NCBI GenBank assembly: GCA_963809665.1
Contig: CAWEKC010000003.1
Coordinates: 105,473-169,472 of the forward strand
From: Candidatus Gottesmanbacteria bacterium
GTDB lineage: Bacteria; Patescibacteriota; Microgenomatia; UBA10105; UBA927
Direction: 5' to 3'
DNA length: 64,000 nucleotides
Shown here: positions 1 to 9,482 of the stretch, one piece after another
Layout: each line of letters begins with the position of its first letter
Numbering within the stretch: the stretch's first letter is position 1
Position numbers and translations under genes: made by a program
Notes under the pieces: model-generated
Seen by the model: only the letters and a program-made list of their open reading frames with translations
What the model was told of the DNA's origin: nothing
Database searches by the model: none

Positions 1-23
1 TGATATTTCCTGATGTAAAAGTT

Positions 24-647
24 TTGATTTGGGATTTTGACGGGACATTCTACAAACCCAACCCGGAGTTGTTCCGCGATGTCCGGGAATCCGAATATCG
101 CGCGATCATGGATCTAACCGGGTGGACGCGCGGGAAGACAATAGAGGAGTTTCATAAACTTCATAAAGTGACAATTCAAAGCGCAACTGCGGTTGTTTCA
201 AAATTATGCAATATTTCTATTGCGGCCGCAGCGACTGAATCGGAAAAATATTTTGATAGGAGGAAATATCTTCACCGGGACCCGCGGCTTATAGAGATGT
301 TTGAAAAACTTAAGCACTTCCGGCATTTTATTTTTGCAAACGGGGTGATAGCTCATCATAAGGAAACGCTCGATGTTTTGGGGATACCTGCCGGTACGTT
401 TGAAGAGTTCGTGAGTTCGGAAACAGTCGGTGTCACCAAACCGGATCCCGCGGGATTTTTGTATATTATGAAAAAGACCGGATTGGTGCCCAAAGCACAT
501 CTCATGATCGGGGACAGGGAATTAGTCGATCTGGTACCGGCTAAAGCTCTGGGTATGCACACGTGTTTGGTGTGGAGCGATACACAAAGTACAGTTGCTG
601 ATGTCACACTCCCAAGTGTGTACGATGTAGTACAACTGCTGGTATGA
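24..647 (+). CDS. HAD-superfamily hydrolase
   Basis: N-terminal DxDGT motif (WDFDGTF), HAD motif III-like GDRELVDL near the C-terminus; TTG start; upstream stop at 18-20 bounds the ORF. Confidence 0.55.
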   Translation: MIWDFDGTFYKPNPELFRDVRESEYRAIMDLTGWTRGKTIEEFHKLHKVTIQSATAVVSKLCNISIAAAATESEKYFDRRKYLHRDPRLIEMFEKLKHFRHFIFANGVIAHHKETLDVLGIPAGTFEEFVSSETVGVTKPDPAGFLYIMKKTGLVPKAHLMIGDRELVDLVPAKALGMHTCLVWSDTQSTVADVTLPSVYDVVQLLV

Positions 648-1225
648 AACGCGGGAAACTTATTGTGTTTGAGGGTGTCAGCGGGACGGGAAAAGAGACG
701 CAGGCGAAATTATTGCAGAAATTTTTAACGAAAAAAGGAATTATTTCCCACATTGTTTTTCATCCGTCACCGGAATTGAAAGAAATTCTTTCCAAATGGA
801 GAAAAGACAGGGCAATTGACGAAGTAACGGAAACATATTTACTTCTGGCAGACCGTTCAAGTCGCGTGAGGCAGGATATACTACCGGCGCTAGAAAAAGG
901 GGAGTGGGTGATAAGTTTACGAAATTACGTGAGTGGTTTAGTATATCAGGGAAAAACAGAAGCAAGGCGACGCTGGATTGCGAAAGAGTTTTCGCGTTTT
1001 GAACCGAAACCAGATTTTTTATTTCATTTTGATATTACGCCGAAAGACGCAATGAAACGCATACTCAAGCGCGGTGAACCGCTCGGAAAATTTGAAACGC
1101 CGAATTTACTTAACGAAAAACGAAATAATTATCGAAAAGTATTAAAAAATATTCCACATATTACTATTGACGTCAGTTCGTCTATTAACGAGATTCATCG
1201 CAACATGCTAAAATATATTTTATGA
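644..1225 (+). CDS. Thymidylate kinase-like paralog (divergent; lacks canonical DR[YHF] motif)
   Basis: P-loop FEGVSGTGKETQ; overall Tmk architecture; the position of DR(Y/H/F) reads LRN, lid region YQG retained; overlaps next gene by 4 bp. Confidence 0.55.
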   Translation: MKRGKLIVFEGVSGTGKETQAKLLQKFLTKKGIISHIVFHPSPELKEILSKWRKDRAIDEVTETYLLLADRSSRVRQDILPALEKGEWVISLRNYVSGLVYQGKTEARRRWIAKEFSRFEPKPDFLFHFDITPKDAMKRILKRGEPLGKFETPNLLNEKRNNYRKVLKNIPHITIDVSSSINEIHRNMLKYIL

Positions 1226-1866
1226 AACGCGGATTTTTTATTGTTTTTGAGGGTGGTGAAGGAGCAGGGAAATCGGTCCAGGCTAAAATACTGGGTGACA
1301 GGCTACGGGATGCGGGAAAGATCGTTGTTCTTACGCGCGAGCCCGGCGGAACCCCTATTGGTGAAAAAATCCGTTCTATAACACATGATCCTGAAAACAG
1401 AGACTTAGATCCGGTCGCCGAGGCATATCTTATGGCGGCGTCACGGGCTCAGCATGTACGCGAGGTTATATTGCCGGCGCTCGCGCAGGGGAAAATTGTC
1501 ATTTCAGATCGGTTTGCGGATAGCAGTATTGCTTATCAGGGATATGGAAGGAATTTGGGGCCTAAAGAAATGATGGATCTCAACGAGTTGGCAGTCAACG
1601 GCGCAAAATCAGACCTTGTTATTCTTCTTGATGTACCTCCGGCAGTGGGACGTGTGAGATTTGAAAAAGAACGTAAACAAAAAGATCGTCTTGATATGCA
1701 GCAAAAAGATTTTTACGACCGGGTTCATGCAGGATATTTAACTCTTGCAAAAAATAATTCTTCGCAGTATGTTGTTGTCGACGCGACGCAATCCGTCGAA
1801 GACGTAGCATCTTATATTTGGAAAATTGTTGCAGATTTATTGAGAAAACGAAATGGCAAAGAGTAA
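1222..1866 (+). CDS. tmk: Thymidylate kinase
   Basis: P-loop FEGGEGAGKS, canonical DRF...AYQGYGR motifs, typical length 214 aa. Confidence 0.8.
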   Translation: MKRGFFIVFEGGEGAGKSVQAKILGDRLRDAGKIVVLTREPGGTPIGEKIRSITHDPENRDLDPVAEAYLMAASRAQHVREVILPALAQGKIVISDRFADSSIAYQGYGRNLGPKEMMDLNELAVNGAKSDLVILLDVPPAVGRVRFEKERKQKDRLDMQQKDFYDRVHAGYLTLAKNNSSQYVVVDATQSVEDVASYIWKIVADLLRKRNGKE

Positions 1867-2440
1867 AACTCGAAAAACAGGTAAACTGACGGTTATAGCC
1901 GGACCAATGTTCGCCGGTAAAACAACCAAACTTCTTACACTTTTCAGTGTTTTGTCAAATTTGGGTTACAGCACACTGTGTTTTAAAGCGGAAGCGGTAA
2001 GCAATGGGGGTATGGGACATACCACATCGCATGACGAGCGGCAACTGCCGGTTATTTATATCGACATGAACAAACCCGAAAAGGTTTTGGAATACGTGGA
2101 CGGGCAGGGGATCCGGAAAGTGATTATTGACGCCGTGCATTTTTTCCCGAAACAGGAATTCATAAGTGTCGTTAAAGAATTACTTGCATTAGGAATAGAT
2201 GTGTATGTCAACGGGCTTATTTATGATTATCGTAAACAGGAATACGGCGCCACAAAAACGCTCATGGGCATGGCGGACGAATGCATAGAGCAGTTCAGTA
2301 TATGCGTCAAATGCGGTGCAAAAGCCGCTCACACCGAACGTATTGCCGGAAGTACGAAATTGTCGGAAGGTACGACCGGTAAGATAGCAGCCAAATATAT
2401 AGCCGTCTGTTCCTCCTGCCACAAAATTTACCGGGGATGA
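1853..2440 (+). CDS. tdk: Thymidine kinase
   Basis: P-loop GPMFAGKTT; C-terminal zinc ribbon CVKCG...CSSCH typical of type II TK. Confidence 0.8.
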   Translation: MAKSKTRKTGKLTVIAGPMFAGKTTKLLTLFSVLSNLGYSTLCFKAEAVSNGGMGHTTSHDERQLPVIYIDMNKPEKVLEYVDGQGIRKVIIDAVHFFPKQEFISVVKELLALGIDVYVNGLIYDYRKQEYGATKTLMGMADECIEQFSICVKCGAKAAHTERIAGSTKLSEGTTGKIAAKYIAVCSSCHKIYRG

Positions 2441-3246
2441 ACATCAATACCCAACGCGATGTTATTTTGGTTATCGGTCCTTCGGCCAGCGGAAAAACAC
2501 ACGTGTTGAATCTTCTGCGTAAGGAAATCGCCGGAACATACGGATTACCGCACGAAATAGTTCCGCTTTCCGATTCCCATACCATTCTTGACAGAGTACG
2601 CGAGGATGACCGCCTGGGTGGTCGTCACCATTATCACTCATGGTCCCGCGGTATGGATTCGCACAATCATGCAGATCATCCGGAGATCATACCGTTTACT
2701 CTCGCAGGTGACCGTATAGGACATGCATTTATCCGTGATTTTTTTCAGGGTCTCGCGCAGTTACCCCACACAGGCGTCATCCGGTATGCCGAATGGTCAG
2801 GAGGGAAAAACACGAATCCCCGCGAGGATCGTGCTTCCCTGACAGACCTGTCGTTTCAAACGATTACCCGGCTTATCCGACAGGGCAGGATTTCGGCTGA
2901 AGGATTGGACAGGGTTGTCGCAGCGATTCACGTAGATACTGCCCGCGAATATCGTATGCACCTAAACGAGGATCGTTCGATGCCGACCGCCGATGAAATT
3001 AAATTTGGGTACGCATCATGGCCTTTGGATCAAGCCGGCATGAATATTTTTGGTGAAGATGATTTTTTGAATGACACACCATCATTATTGAATGAGCATA
3101 ATATCCCGTTCATCCGGACACTCCACAATAATCTTGACGGCAGTCTGGATCGTGAACTCCGGCGTGTGTTACCTGAGATAGTTTCTTTGTGGGGAGGCGG
3201 CGAAAATGGACGGCCCGGTTCCGTACAGGAGAGGGACCGGCGATGA
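2437..3246 (+). CDS. P-loop NTPase/kinase-like protein of unknown specificity
   Basis: Walker A VIGPSASGKTHV at N-terminus; His-rich segment GRHHYHSWSRGMDSHNHADH; no recognisable family beyond P-loop; overlaps downstream phosphatase gene by 4 bp (ATGA). Confidence 0.4.
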   Translation: MNINTQRDVILVIGPSASGKTHVLNLLRKEIAGTYGLPHEIVPLSDSHTILDRVREDDRLGGRHHYHSWSRGMDSHNHADHPEIIPFTLAGDRIGHAFIRDFFQGLAQLPHTGVIRYAEWSGGKNTNPREDRASLTDLSFQTITRLIRQGRISAEGLDRVVAAIHVDTAREYRMHLNEDRSMPTADEIKFGYASWPLDQAGMNIFGEDDFLNDTPSLLNEHNIPFIRTLHNNLDGSLDRELRRVLPEIVSLWGGGENGRPGSVQERDRR

Positions 3247-3800
3247 GAACGATCGTCTATCTTATCCGCCACGGGGCGTATGAGAATCCTCAGGAGATTA
3301 TGCCGTATCGAATGCCGGGATTCCATTTGTCAGAAACAGGCAAGTCTGATATAGGAAAACTGGCAGTTACACTGCGCCAACATACTATTGAGGCGGTGTA
3401 TGCCAGCCCGCTGACCCGGACACAGGAAACCGCGCAGATTTTAGCAAAACAATACAATCTTCCGGTCCTGACGGATAACCGGTTAATGGAGGTCAGGTCT
3501 CCGGTGCAGGGGAAGCCCGAAGGTTTTACTGAGTCGATGGGAGGGTGGAAGATATATGAGTCTGACTGGTATAAACAAGGGAAGGGTGAAACACCGGCAG
3601 AAATTTTTTCACGGATGGATTCATTTATGAAAGAAATAATACGGGAACATAGCGGAAAAGAAATTATTGTCGTATCGCATGGGGATCCGATCATGATATA
3701 TATTGCAGGGCACGAAGGTAAGCCGCTAACTGCGCAGAGTTTGTCCACTACCCCGTATATTCAGATGGGGCAGTGTGTTCCCATTTCATTTCCCGCTTGA
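3243..3800 (+). CDS. Histidine phosphatase (phosphoglycerate mutase family)
   Basis: RHG catalytic motif (LIRHGAYEN) at N-terminus, C-terminal SHGD motif; start moved to internal ATG at 3243 that overlaps upstream stop. Confidence 0.65.
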   Translation: MRTIVYLIRHGAYENPQEIMPYRMPGFHLSETGKSDIGKLAVTLRQHTIEAVYASPLTRTQETAQILAKQYNLPVLTDNRLMEVRSPVQGKPEGFTESMGGWKIYESDWYKQGKGETPAEIFSRMDSFMKEIIREHSGKEIIVVSHGDPIMIYIAGHEGKPLTAQSLSTTPYIQMGQCVPISFPA

Positions 3801-3878
3801 CAGAGTTATCCCGTATGGTACACTGGCAAAAAGCGCAGGAAAAAGAAAGCTTTTTTCAGCGCCTTTTTTGTTTTTTAG

Positions 3879-5000
3879 ATGAAAAAGCAAAAAACCGTCT
3901 CCGATGTAGTTCTTCAGAAAATTGTCCCTCACGAGGCCCTCACATTTGACGATATATTGCTCCTTCCGGGATATGCGGATTTCAAGCGTCAGGACGTGGA
4001 TTTGTCTACACAACTCTGTCCCGGTATCCGACTGAAACTTCCGGTTATTTCTTCTCCCATGGATACGGTAACCGAAGAGGCAATGGCCGTGGCACTGGCA
4101 CGCGCCGGAGCGTTGGGCGTGCTACACCGGAATTTATCGGTTGCAAGTCAGGCCCGGATGGTGGCGAAAATAAAACGGTTATGCTTACCGGTTGCGGCCG
4201 CCGTCGGGGTCGGGGAGGATTTTGACGTGCGGGTATCGGCGCTGGTGGCCGCGGGTGTTGATTTGGTTGTGGTGGATTCCGGACACGGGCATACAAAATT
4301 TATTATCGATGCGGTGAAAACAATTAAAAAAACGTATCACCGGCTACCGGTGATGGCGGGGAATATTGCGACATTTGACGGGGCAAAAGCTCTTATCTCG
4401 GCGGGGACTGATATACTGCGCGTCGGCATGGGTCCGGGCAGTATCTGCACAACCCGCATCGTCACAGGTATGGGGGTGCCGCAAATCAGCGCCATTTCTG
4501 CGGTGAAACGCGCCACGGAAGGCACTTCTGTTTCCGTCGTTGCCGACGGCGGCATCCGGCAGATGGGGGATATGGCAAAGGCATTCGCGTTCGGAGCGGA
4601 CGCCGTCATGCTGGGGTCGCTATTGGCACGGCTTACCGAGGCGCCGGGGCGTATTGTCCGGTTGAAGGGAAAACGGTACAAAGAATACCGCGGGATGGGA
4701 TCAATAGCTGCGATGAAAAAAGGCGGAGCTGAACGGTACGGCCAGTCGAGACTCGCTGATACAAAGCAACTCATAGCCGAGGGGGTTGAAGGACTGGTCC
4801 CGCTTAACGGGTCGGCCGCTACGTATCTGACCCAGATTGCGGGGAGTCTAAGGTCATCATTCTATTATATCGGGGCAAGGAATATCCTCGAATTTTTCCG
4901 GAAATCCCGCTGCATCAAGATTTCAAATGCCGGACTTTTGGAAAGTCATCCGCACAGTATCGACATTGTTGATACCGGGACGAATTATTCCCTGAAGTAA
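3879..5000 (+). CDS. guaB: IMP dehydrogenase, CBS-less form
   Basis: Catalytic loop GMGPGSICTTR, flap YRGMGSIAAMKKGGAERYGQ, C-terminal ESHPHSI; no CBS pair inserted (373 aa). Confidence 0.7.
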   Translation: MKKQKTVSDVVLQKIVPHEALTFDDILLLPGYADFKRQDVDLSTQLCPGIRLKLPVISSPMDTVTEEAMAVALARAGALGVLHRNLSVASQARMVAKIKRLCLPVAAAVGVGEDFDVRVSALVAAGVDLVVVDSGHGHTKFIIDAVKTIKKTYHRLPVMAGNIATFDGAKALISAGTDILRVGMGPGSICTTRIVTGMGVPQISAISAVKRATEGTSVSVVADGGIRQMGDMAKAFAFGADAVMLGSLLARLTEAPGRIVRLKGKRYKEYRGMGSIAAMKKGGAERYGQSRLADTKQLIAEGVEGLVPLNGSAATYLTQIAGSLRSSFYYIGARNILEFFRKSRCIKISNAGLLESHPHSIDIVDTGTNYSLK

Positions 5001-5020
5001 AAAAATGGTATGATAATGCC

Positions 5021-6344
5021 ATGATTCTTTCTGCGTCTGATCCTCAAATTGCCCAGTTGATAACCTCCGAGGCCAAACGCCAGGAAGAGGGTTTGGAGAT
5101 GATCCCGTCGGAGAATTATGTATCCGCCGGAATTCGCGAAACGTTGGGTTCGATCCTGACGAACAAATATTCGGAAGGGTATCCGCACAAACGGTATTAT
5201 GGCGGGAATGAGTTTATTGATGAAATAGAGCTTTTAGCCCAAAACCGGGCTAAAAAATTGTTCAATGTTCCGTATGTCAATGTCCAGCCGTATTCAGGAT
5301 CACCGGCGAACCTTGCAGTGTATCTGGCAACCTGTAAGCCCGGGGATACGATCATGGGTTTAAATCTTCTGGACGGCGGTCACCTGACGCACGGGTGGAA
5401 GGTGTCGGCAACGGCAATGTTTTACCGAAGTGTACCGTATCACGTGACCGCGGATGGACATGTGGATATTGATGAAGTGTGGCGGCTGGCCCGTGAGCAT
5501 AAACCTAAATTGATTTGGACCGGTGCCACGGCGTATGTATACCAGTATGAATTTGAAAAATTTGCGGAAATTGCCAATTCAGTAGGTGCGTATCTGGCAT
5601 CGGACGTGGCACATGTTATCGGACTTATCATTGCGGGCGTCCACAAGAGTCCGTTTCCCTGGGCGCACATTGTAACCACGACAACACATAAGACACTTCG
5701 GGGGCCGCGCGGGGGAATGATTATGGTAACAGGTGTAGGCCTCAAAAAAGATCCGGAGTTGGGGGATAAAATGGACCGTGCCGTATTTCCGGGTCTTCAG
5801 GGCGGGCCGCATGATCAACAGACCGGAGCGATAGCGGTTGCTTTGAAAGAAGCGGGGATGCCAGCATTTAAAAAATACGGCCAACAGGTTGTTAAAAATG
5901 CAAAAGTTTTGGCCGAAACGCTCAAGGCCAATGGAATGAAATTAGTCGGGGACGGGACGGAAAACCATTTAATTTTAATAGACCTCGTTCCTACGTTCGG
6001 TGCCGGCGGGGGAATATTTGCACAGGAAGCACTTTCGACTGCCGGTATTACCGTGAACAAAAATACGATTCCGAAAGACCCGGGCAGCCCGTTCTATCCG
6101 TCAGGCATTCGTATCGGGACCCCTGCCATAACAACACGGGGCATGGGGACCGGGTGAAATGAAGATCATTGGCAAGTGGATCGCCACAGCGATCAGCCAA
6201 GTCGCGGATTGCCGATTGCCGTCAACGAAAGAAGAACGGATTGAATATCTTAAGGATTTCCGTCAGTCGGTCGGGAAAAATAAAACACTGGCCGGAATTC
6301 GGAATGATATTAAAACCATGGTCGTCCGCTTCCCTTTACCGTAA
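5021..6344 (+). CDS. glyA: Serine hydroxymethyltransferase, interrupted by apparent +1 indel in a GGGG run near 6145-6148
   Basis: IPSENYVS...KYSEGYP N-terminal SHMT motifs, PLP-Lys region TTTTHKTLRGPRGG; C-terminal ~60 aa (EMKIIGKWIA...) continue in frame 0 after stop at 6157; removing one G restores RGMGPGEMKII. Confidence 0.75.
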
Positions 6345-6433
6345 GGCTGTGCTATAATTCGTTTATTACACACACTCATAGATGTCTTCTTCCCGCAAGG
6401 GCCGTGAGTGGAAGATGAAAAGAAGATACATCA

Positions 6434-6460
6434 CACCAAAGATGTATCTTTGGTGTTTTT
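6434..6460 (+). terminator. Rho-independent terminator-like hairpin (9-bp stem CACCAAAGA/TCTTTGGTG, 5-nt loop, TTTTT)
   Basis: Perfect inverted repeat followed by T5, ending 6 nt before rpsB ATG. Confidence 0.5.
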
Positions 6461-6466
6461 AATATT

Positions 6467-7342
6467 ATGGAAGAAATAACATTACAAGCGCTTCTTGAAG
6501 CCGGTTGTCATTTCGGACACAAAGCCGAACGGTGGCATCCGAAAGCCGCAGGATTCATTTACACGAAAAAAGACGGCATACATATCATAGATTTAGCTAA
6601 AACCAAAATCGGACTGGAAGCGGCTGCGGCATTTGTGAAAGACCTTGCCGGGAGCGGCAAAGAGGTCGTTTTTGTGGGTACCAAACGCCAGGCGTCGGGC
6701 GTCGTCAAACAGGAAGCGGCTGCTGCAGGTGCTCCGTACTTCGTCGAACGCTGGATCGGCGGATTTTTGACTAACTGGGACCAGATTAAAAAGAATATTG
6801 ATAAAATTCTCAAAATGGAAGCAGACAGGGCGTCCGGAGCCTGGAAAAAGTTCCCCAAGCACGAACAGGTGAAAATGGGACGGTATCTGGACCGCATCAA
6901 GATTTATTACGGCGGAGTACTTTCCATCAAAGCGATTCCGCAGGCACTGGTGGTCGTTGACGTCAAGAAAGAAGAACCCGCTGTCCGGGAGGGAAAACGC
7001 GTCGGGGTTCCGGTGGTGGGTATTGTGGATACGAACTCCGATCCCACACCGATTGACTATGTGATTCCGGCAAACGACGATGCTGTCGGTTCCATTCAAT
7101 ACATTATTCACGTTCTCGCGGGCGCTTATGGTGAAGGAAAAGCAGCGTGGGAAAAGGCGAATAAGGAAGAGACGGCAAGAATCGAAGCGGAAAAAGCAAA
7201 AACCGTAAAAGCCGTCCCCGGGGTTAAAGCACCGTTGTGCCGGAGGTTAAAAACAGAAATCGAACCGACGCAAAAGCTAAAGAGGCAAGAATTAAAAAAA
7301 CCTCGCAAAACTGACGAAAGCAGGCGTAAAATAATAGTATGA
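6467..7342 (+). CDS. rpsB: 30S ribosomal protein S2
   Basis: LLEAGCHFGH...RWHPK N-terminus, conserved uS2 core, Lys/Glu-rich C-terminal tail. Confidence 0.9.
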   Translation: MEEITLQALLEAGCHFGHKAERWHPKAAGFIYTKKDGIHIIDLAKTKIGLEAAAAFVKDLAGSGKEVVFVGTKRQASGVVKQEAAAAGAPYFVERWIGGFLTNWDQIKKNIDKILKMEADRASGAWKKFPKHEQVKMGRYLDRIKIYYGGVLSIKAIPQALVVVDVKKEEPAVREGKRVGVPVVGIVDTNSDPTPIDYVIPANDDAVGSIQYIIHVLAGAYGEGKAAWEKANKEETARIEAEKAKTVKAVPGVKAPLCRRLKTEIEPTQKLKRQELKKPRKTDESRRKIIV

Positions 7343-7794
7343 AAATTTCACTTGAACTTCTTAAGAAACTCCGTGCAGCTACTGGTGCCGGTGTGTCGGA
7401 TTGCAGGCAGGCGCTTGAGGATGCCGGAGGCGACTACGCAAAAGCAAAAAAACTCATTATGGAGCGGGGACTGGAAAAAGCCGCGAAAAAGGCAGGACGC
7501 CAAACCCAACAGGGATTAATTGAATCCTACGTACACGCCGGACGCGTCGGGGTACTTGTCGAACTTCGCTGTGAAACGGATTTTGTGGCGCGTACAGGTG
7601 ATTTTAAAAACTTAGCTCACGAACTTGCCCTTCAGATTGCATCCATGAATCCGAAAAACGTAAAGGAATTGCTCGTCAGCCCGTACATCCGTGATGAAGG
7701 GATTACGATTGAAGCGCTCGTCAAACAAACGGTCGCTAAAGTCGGCGAAAACATCACGGTTGCGCGCTTTACACGGATTGCGTTGGGTACATAA
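7339..7794 (+). CDS. tsf: Elongation factor Ts (short form)
   Basis: N-terminal UBA-like LLKKLRAATGAGVSDCRQALEDAGGDYAKA; 151 aa short EF-Ts; overlaps rpsB stop. Confidence 0.85.
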   Translation: MKISLELLKKLRAATGAGVSDCRQALEDAGGDYAKAKKLIMERGLEKAAKKAGRQTQQGLIESYVHAGRVGVLVELRCETDFVARTGDFKNLAHELALQIASMNPKNVKELLVSPYIRDEGITIEALVKQTVAKVGENITVARFTRIALGT

Positions 7795-7813
7795 TCGTGA
7801 TACTATTTTTTCG

Positions 7814-8362
7814 ATGATAGAATCCATTCTCAACACCGCACGGGAGAAGATGAAGAAAGCCCTCGATGTTACGCGCACGGATCTCACCTCCATTCGTTCA
7901 GGCCGTGCCACCCCAGCACTTGTTGAAAATATTTTCATTCTTGCCTATGGCGGAAGCCAGCGTCTTCGCGTGCAGGAAATGGCGACGATAGCCACGATGG
8001 ATTCTAAAACGCTGGTTCTTACCCCGTATGATCCGTCAACGATTGCGGAAATCGAGAAGGGGATTATGGCAGGCAGTTCGGGTCTTACACCCGTCGTTGA
8101 TCGGGAAATCATCCGTATTACGATTCCGATGCTGTCCGAAGAGAGACGTCTCGAATATATCAAACTCGCCAAAGCAAAATTGGAAGGCGGCCGCGTAATG
8201 GTGCGCCAAATCCGCGGAGAGGCCATGAAAGAGCTCAAAAAATTACTCTCTGAAGATGAACAAAAACACGGGGAACGCCTTGTGCAGGAGCTTACCGATG
8301 AAATGGTTGCGGAAATAGACAATCTCGGGACTAAAAAAGAAGCGGAACTCCTTCAGGTATAA
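7814..8362 (+). CDS. frr: Ribosome recycling factor
   Basis: MIESILNTAREKMKKALDVTRTDLTSIRSGRATPALVENI is a typical RRF N-terminus; 182 aa; start set at internal ATG 7814 rather than ORF-track 7691 that overlaps tsf. Confidence 0.85.
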   Translation: MIESILNTAREKMKKALDVTRTDLTSIRSGRATPALVENIFILAYGGSQRLRVQEMATIATMDSKTLVLTPYDPSTIAEIEKGIMAGSSGLTPVVDREIIRITIPMLSEERRLEYIKLAKAKLEGGRVMVRQIRGEAMKELKKLLSEDEQKHGERLVQELTDEMVAEIDNLGTKKEAELLQV

Positions 8363-8365
8363 CCT

Positions 8366-9466
8366 ATGCTACTCACTGCCGTCGTTTTTATCATCATTCT
8401 CAGCATTCTCGTTCTGATCCATGAGTTCGGCCATTTTGCCGTGGCCCGGCTCATCGGAGTGAAAGTGGAAGAATTCGGATTCGGATTGCCGCCGCGCATC
8501 ATCGGGAAAAAGATCCGCGGCATTATCTATTCCCTGAACTGGCTTCCGATCGGCGGGTTTGTCAAACTTGCCGGTGAGGATGATGCCGAATCAACACACC
8601 CTCATATCAAGAACCGAAAGGAATATTTTTTTGCGCGCAGTAAAAAAGAACGCGCAGTCATTCTCCTGGCAGGCGTCACGATGAATTTTCTCTTAGCTGT
8701 CGGGATTACGGCGTATATCTTAACGCAAGGTGTACTGGAACCGACCGGACATGTCCATATTGAGAGTGTCGTTTCCGGCAGTCCAGCCTCCGCGGCGGGA
8801 TTGAAATCGAACGATGTCATTAGCCGTATTACATATCCGAAAGGAGTTCAACCAGCGCCCACGGAATCTAAAAAAATTATCATTCCGACGGATCTTATTG
8901 ATACGGTCAAATCGCATGCAGGTCAACAGGTTGTACTTACCGTAATTCGGGGTTCACAGACCCTGGAACTGCCGGTTATTCCCCGAAAGGAATCTCCCAA
9001 AGGGGAAGGTCCTATGGGTGTCGTGATTTCGGATTTGGAAAACCACGTGTATCCGGTGACACAGGCGCCGTTTGCGGCGATCAAAATTAATCTTGAACGG
9101 GCATGGGCGATGCTTGCTGGAATCGGAACTCTGATCGGTAAGATAGCGACTCTCAAACCGGTGGGCAGCGATGTGGCCGGCCCCATCGGCATTGCCGAGG
9201 TTACGGGGACTGCTGTGAAGTTCGGCTGGAAGGCGGTTCTGGAGTTTATGAGTATCCTATCCCTGAATTTGGCTGTCCTTAATATTTTGCCGATACCGGC
9301 ACTGGACGGCGGAAGACTCGCATTTGTATTTTTGGAAAAAATATTAGGGAAAAAAGTGAAACCCGCGTTTGAGCAATCGACCCACCAGATAGGTATGATA
9401 ATTCTGTTTATTCTCATCATTCTCATCTCCATCAACGATGTCCTTCGCCTCGCCCGCGGCGGGTAA
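8366..9466 (+). CDS. rseP: Site-2 protease (RseP/zinc metalloprotease M50) with PDZ domain
   Basis: HEFGHF zinc motif in first TM helix, PDZ-like segment (SGSPASAAGLKSNDVI), C-terminal LDGG motif. Confidence 0.8.
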   Translation: MLLTAVVFIIILSILVLIHEFGHFAVARLIGVKVEEFGFGLPPRIIGKKIRGIIYSLNWLPIGGFVKLAGEDDAESTHPHIKNRKEYFFARSKKERAVILLAGVTMNFLLAVGITAYILTQGVLEPTGHVHIESVVSGSPASAAGLKSNDVISRITYPKGVQPAPTESKKIIIPTDLIDTVKSHAGQQVVLTVIRGSQTLELPVIPRKESPKGEGPMGVVISDLENHVYPVTQAPFAAIKINLERAWAMLAGIGTLIGKIATLKPVGSDVAGPIGIAEVTGTAVKFGWKAVLEFMSILSLNLAVLNILPIPALDGGRLAFVFLEKILGKKVKPAFEQSTHQIGMIILFILIILISINDVLRLARGG

Positions 9467-9482
9467 TGTATAATAGGGGCAT

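Noticed and set aside
6145-6160. Programmed +1 ribosomal frameshift in glyA (and in ychF and kefB)
   Set aside because: No slippery heptamer or downstream stimulatory structure. All shifts sit in short G/C/T homopolymers, and kefB shows both +1 and -1 changes, the signature of indel sequencing errors.
6169-6357. 62-aa ORF in an alternative frame after glyA
   Set aside because: It overlaps the true glyA C-terminal frame (6159-6344) and has no features; it is a shadow ORF.
8923-9435. 170-aa minus-strand ORF inside rseP; similar long antisense ORFs lie inside the P-type ATPase (22738-23310 plus strand) and kefB (48033-48983 minus strand)
   Set aside because: Compositionally biased antisense ORFs lying entirely within well-supported genes on the opposite strand.
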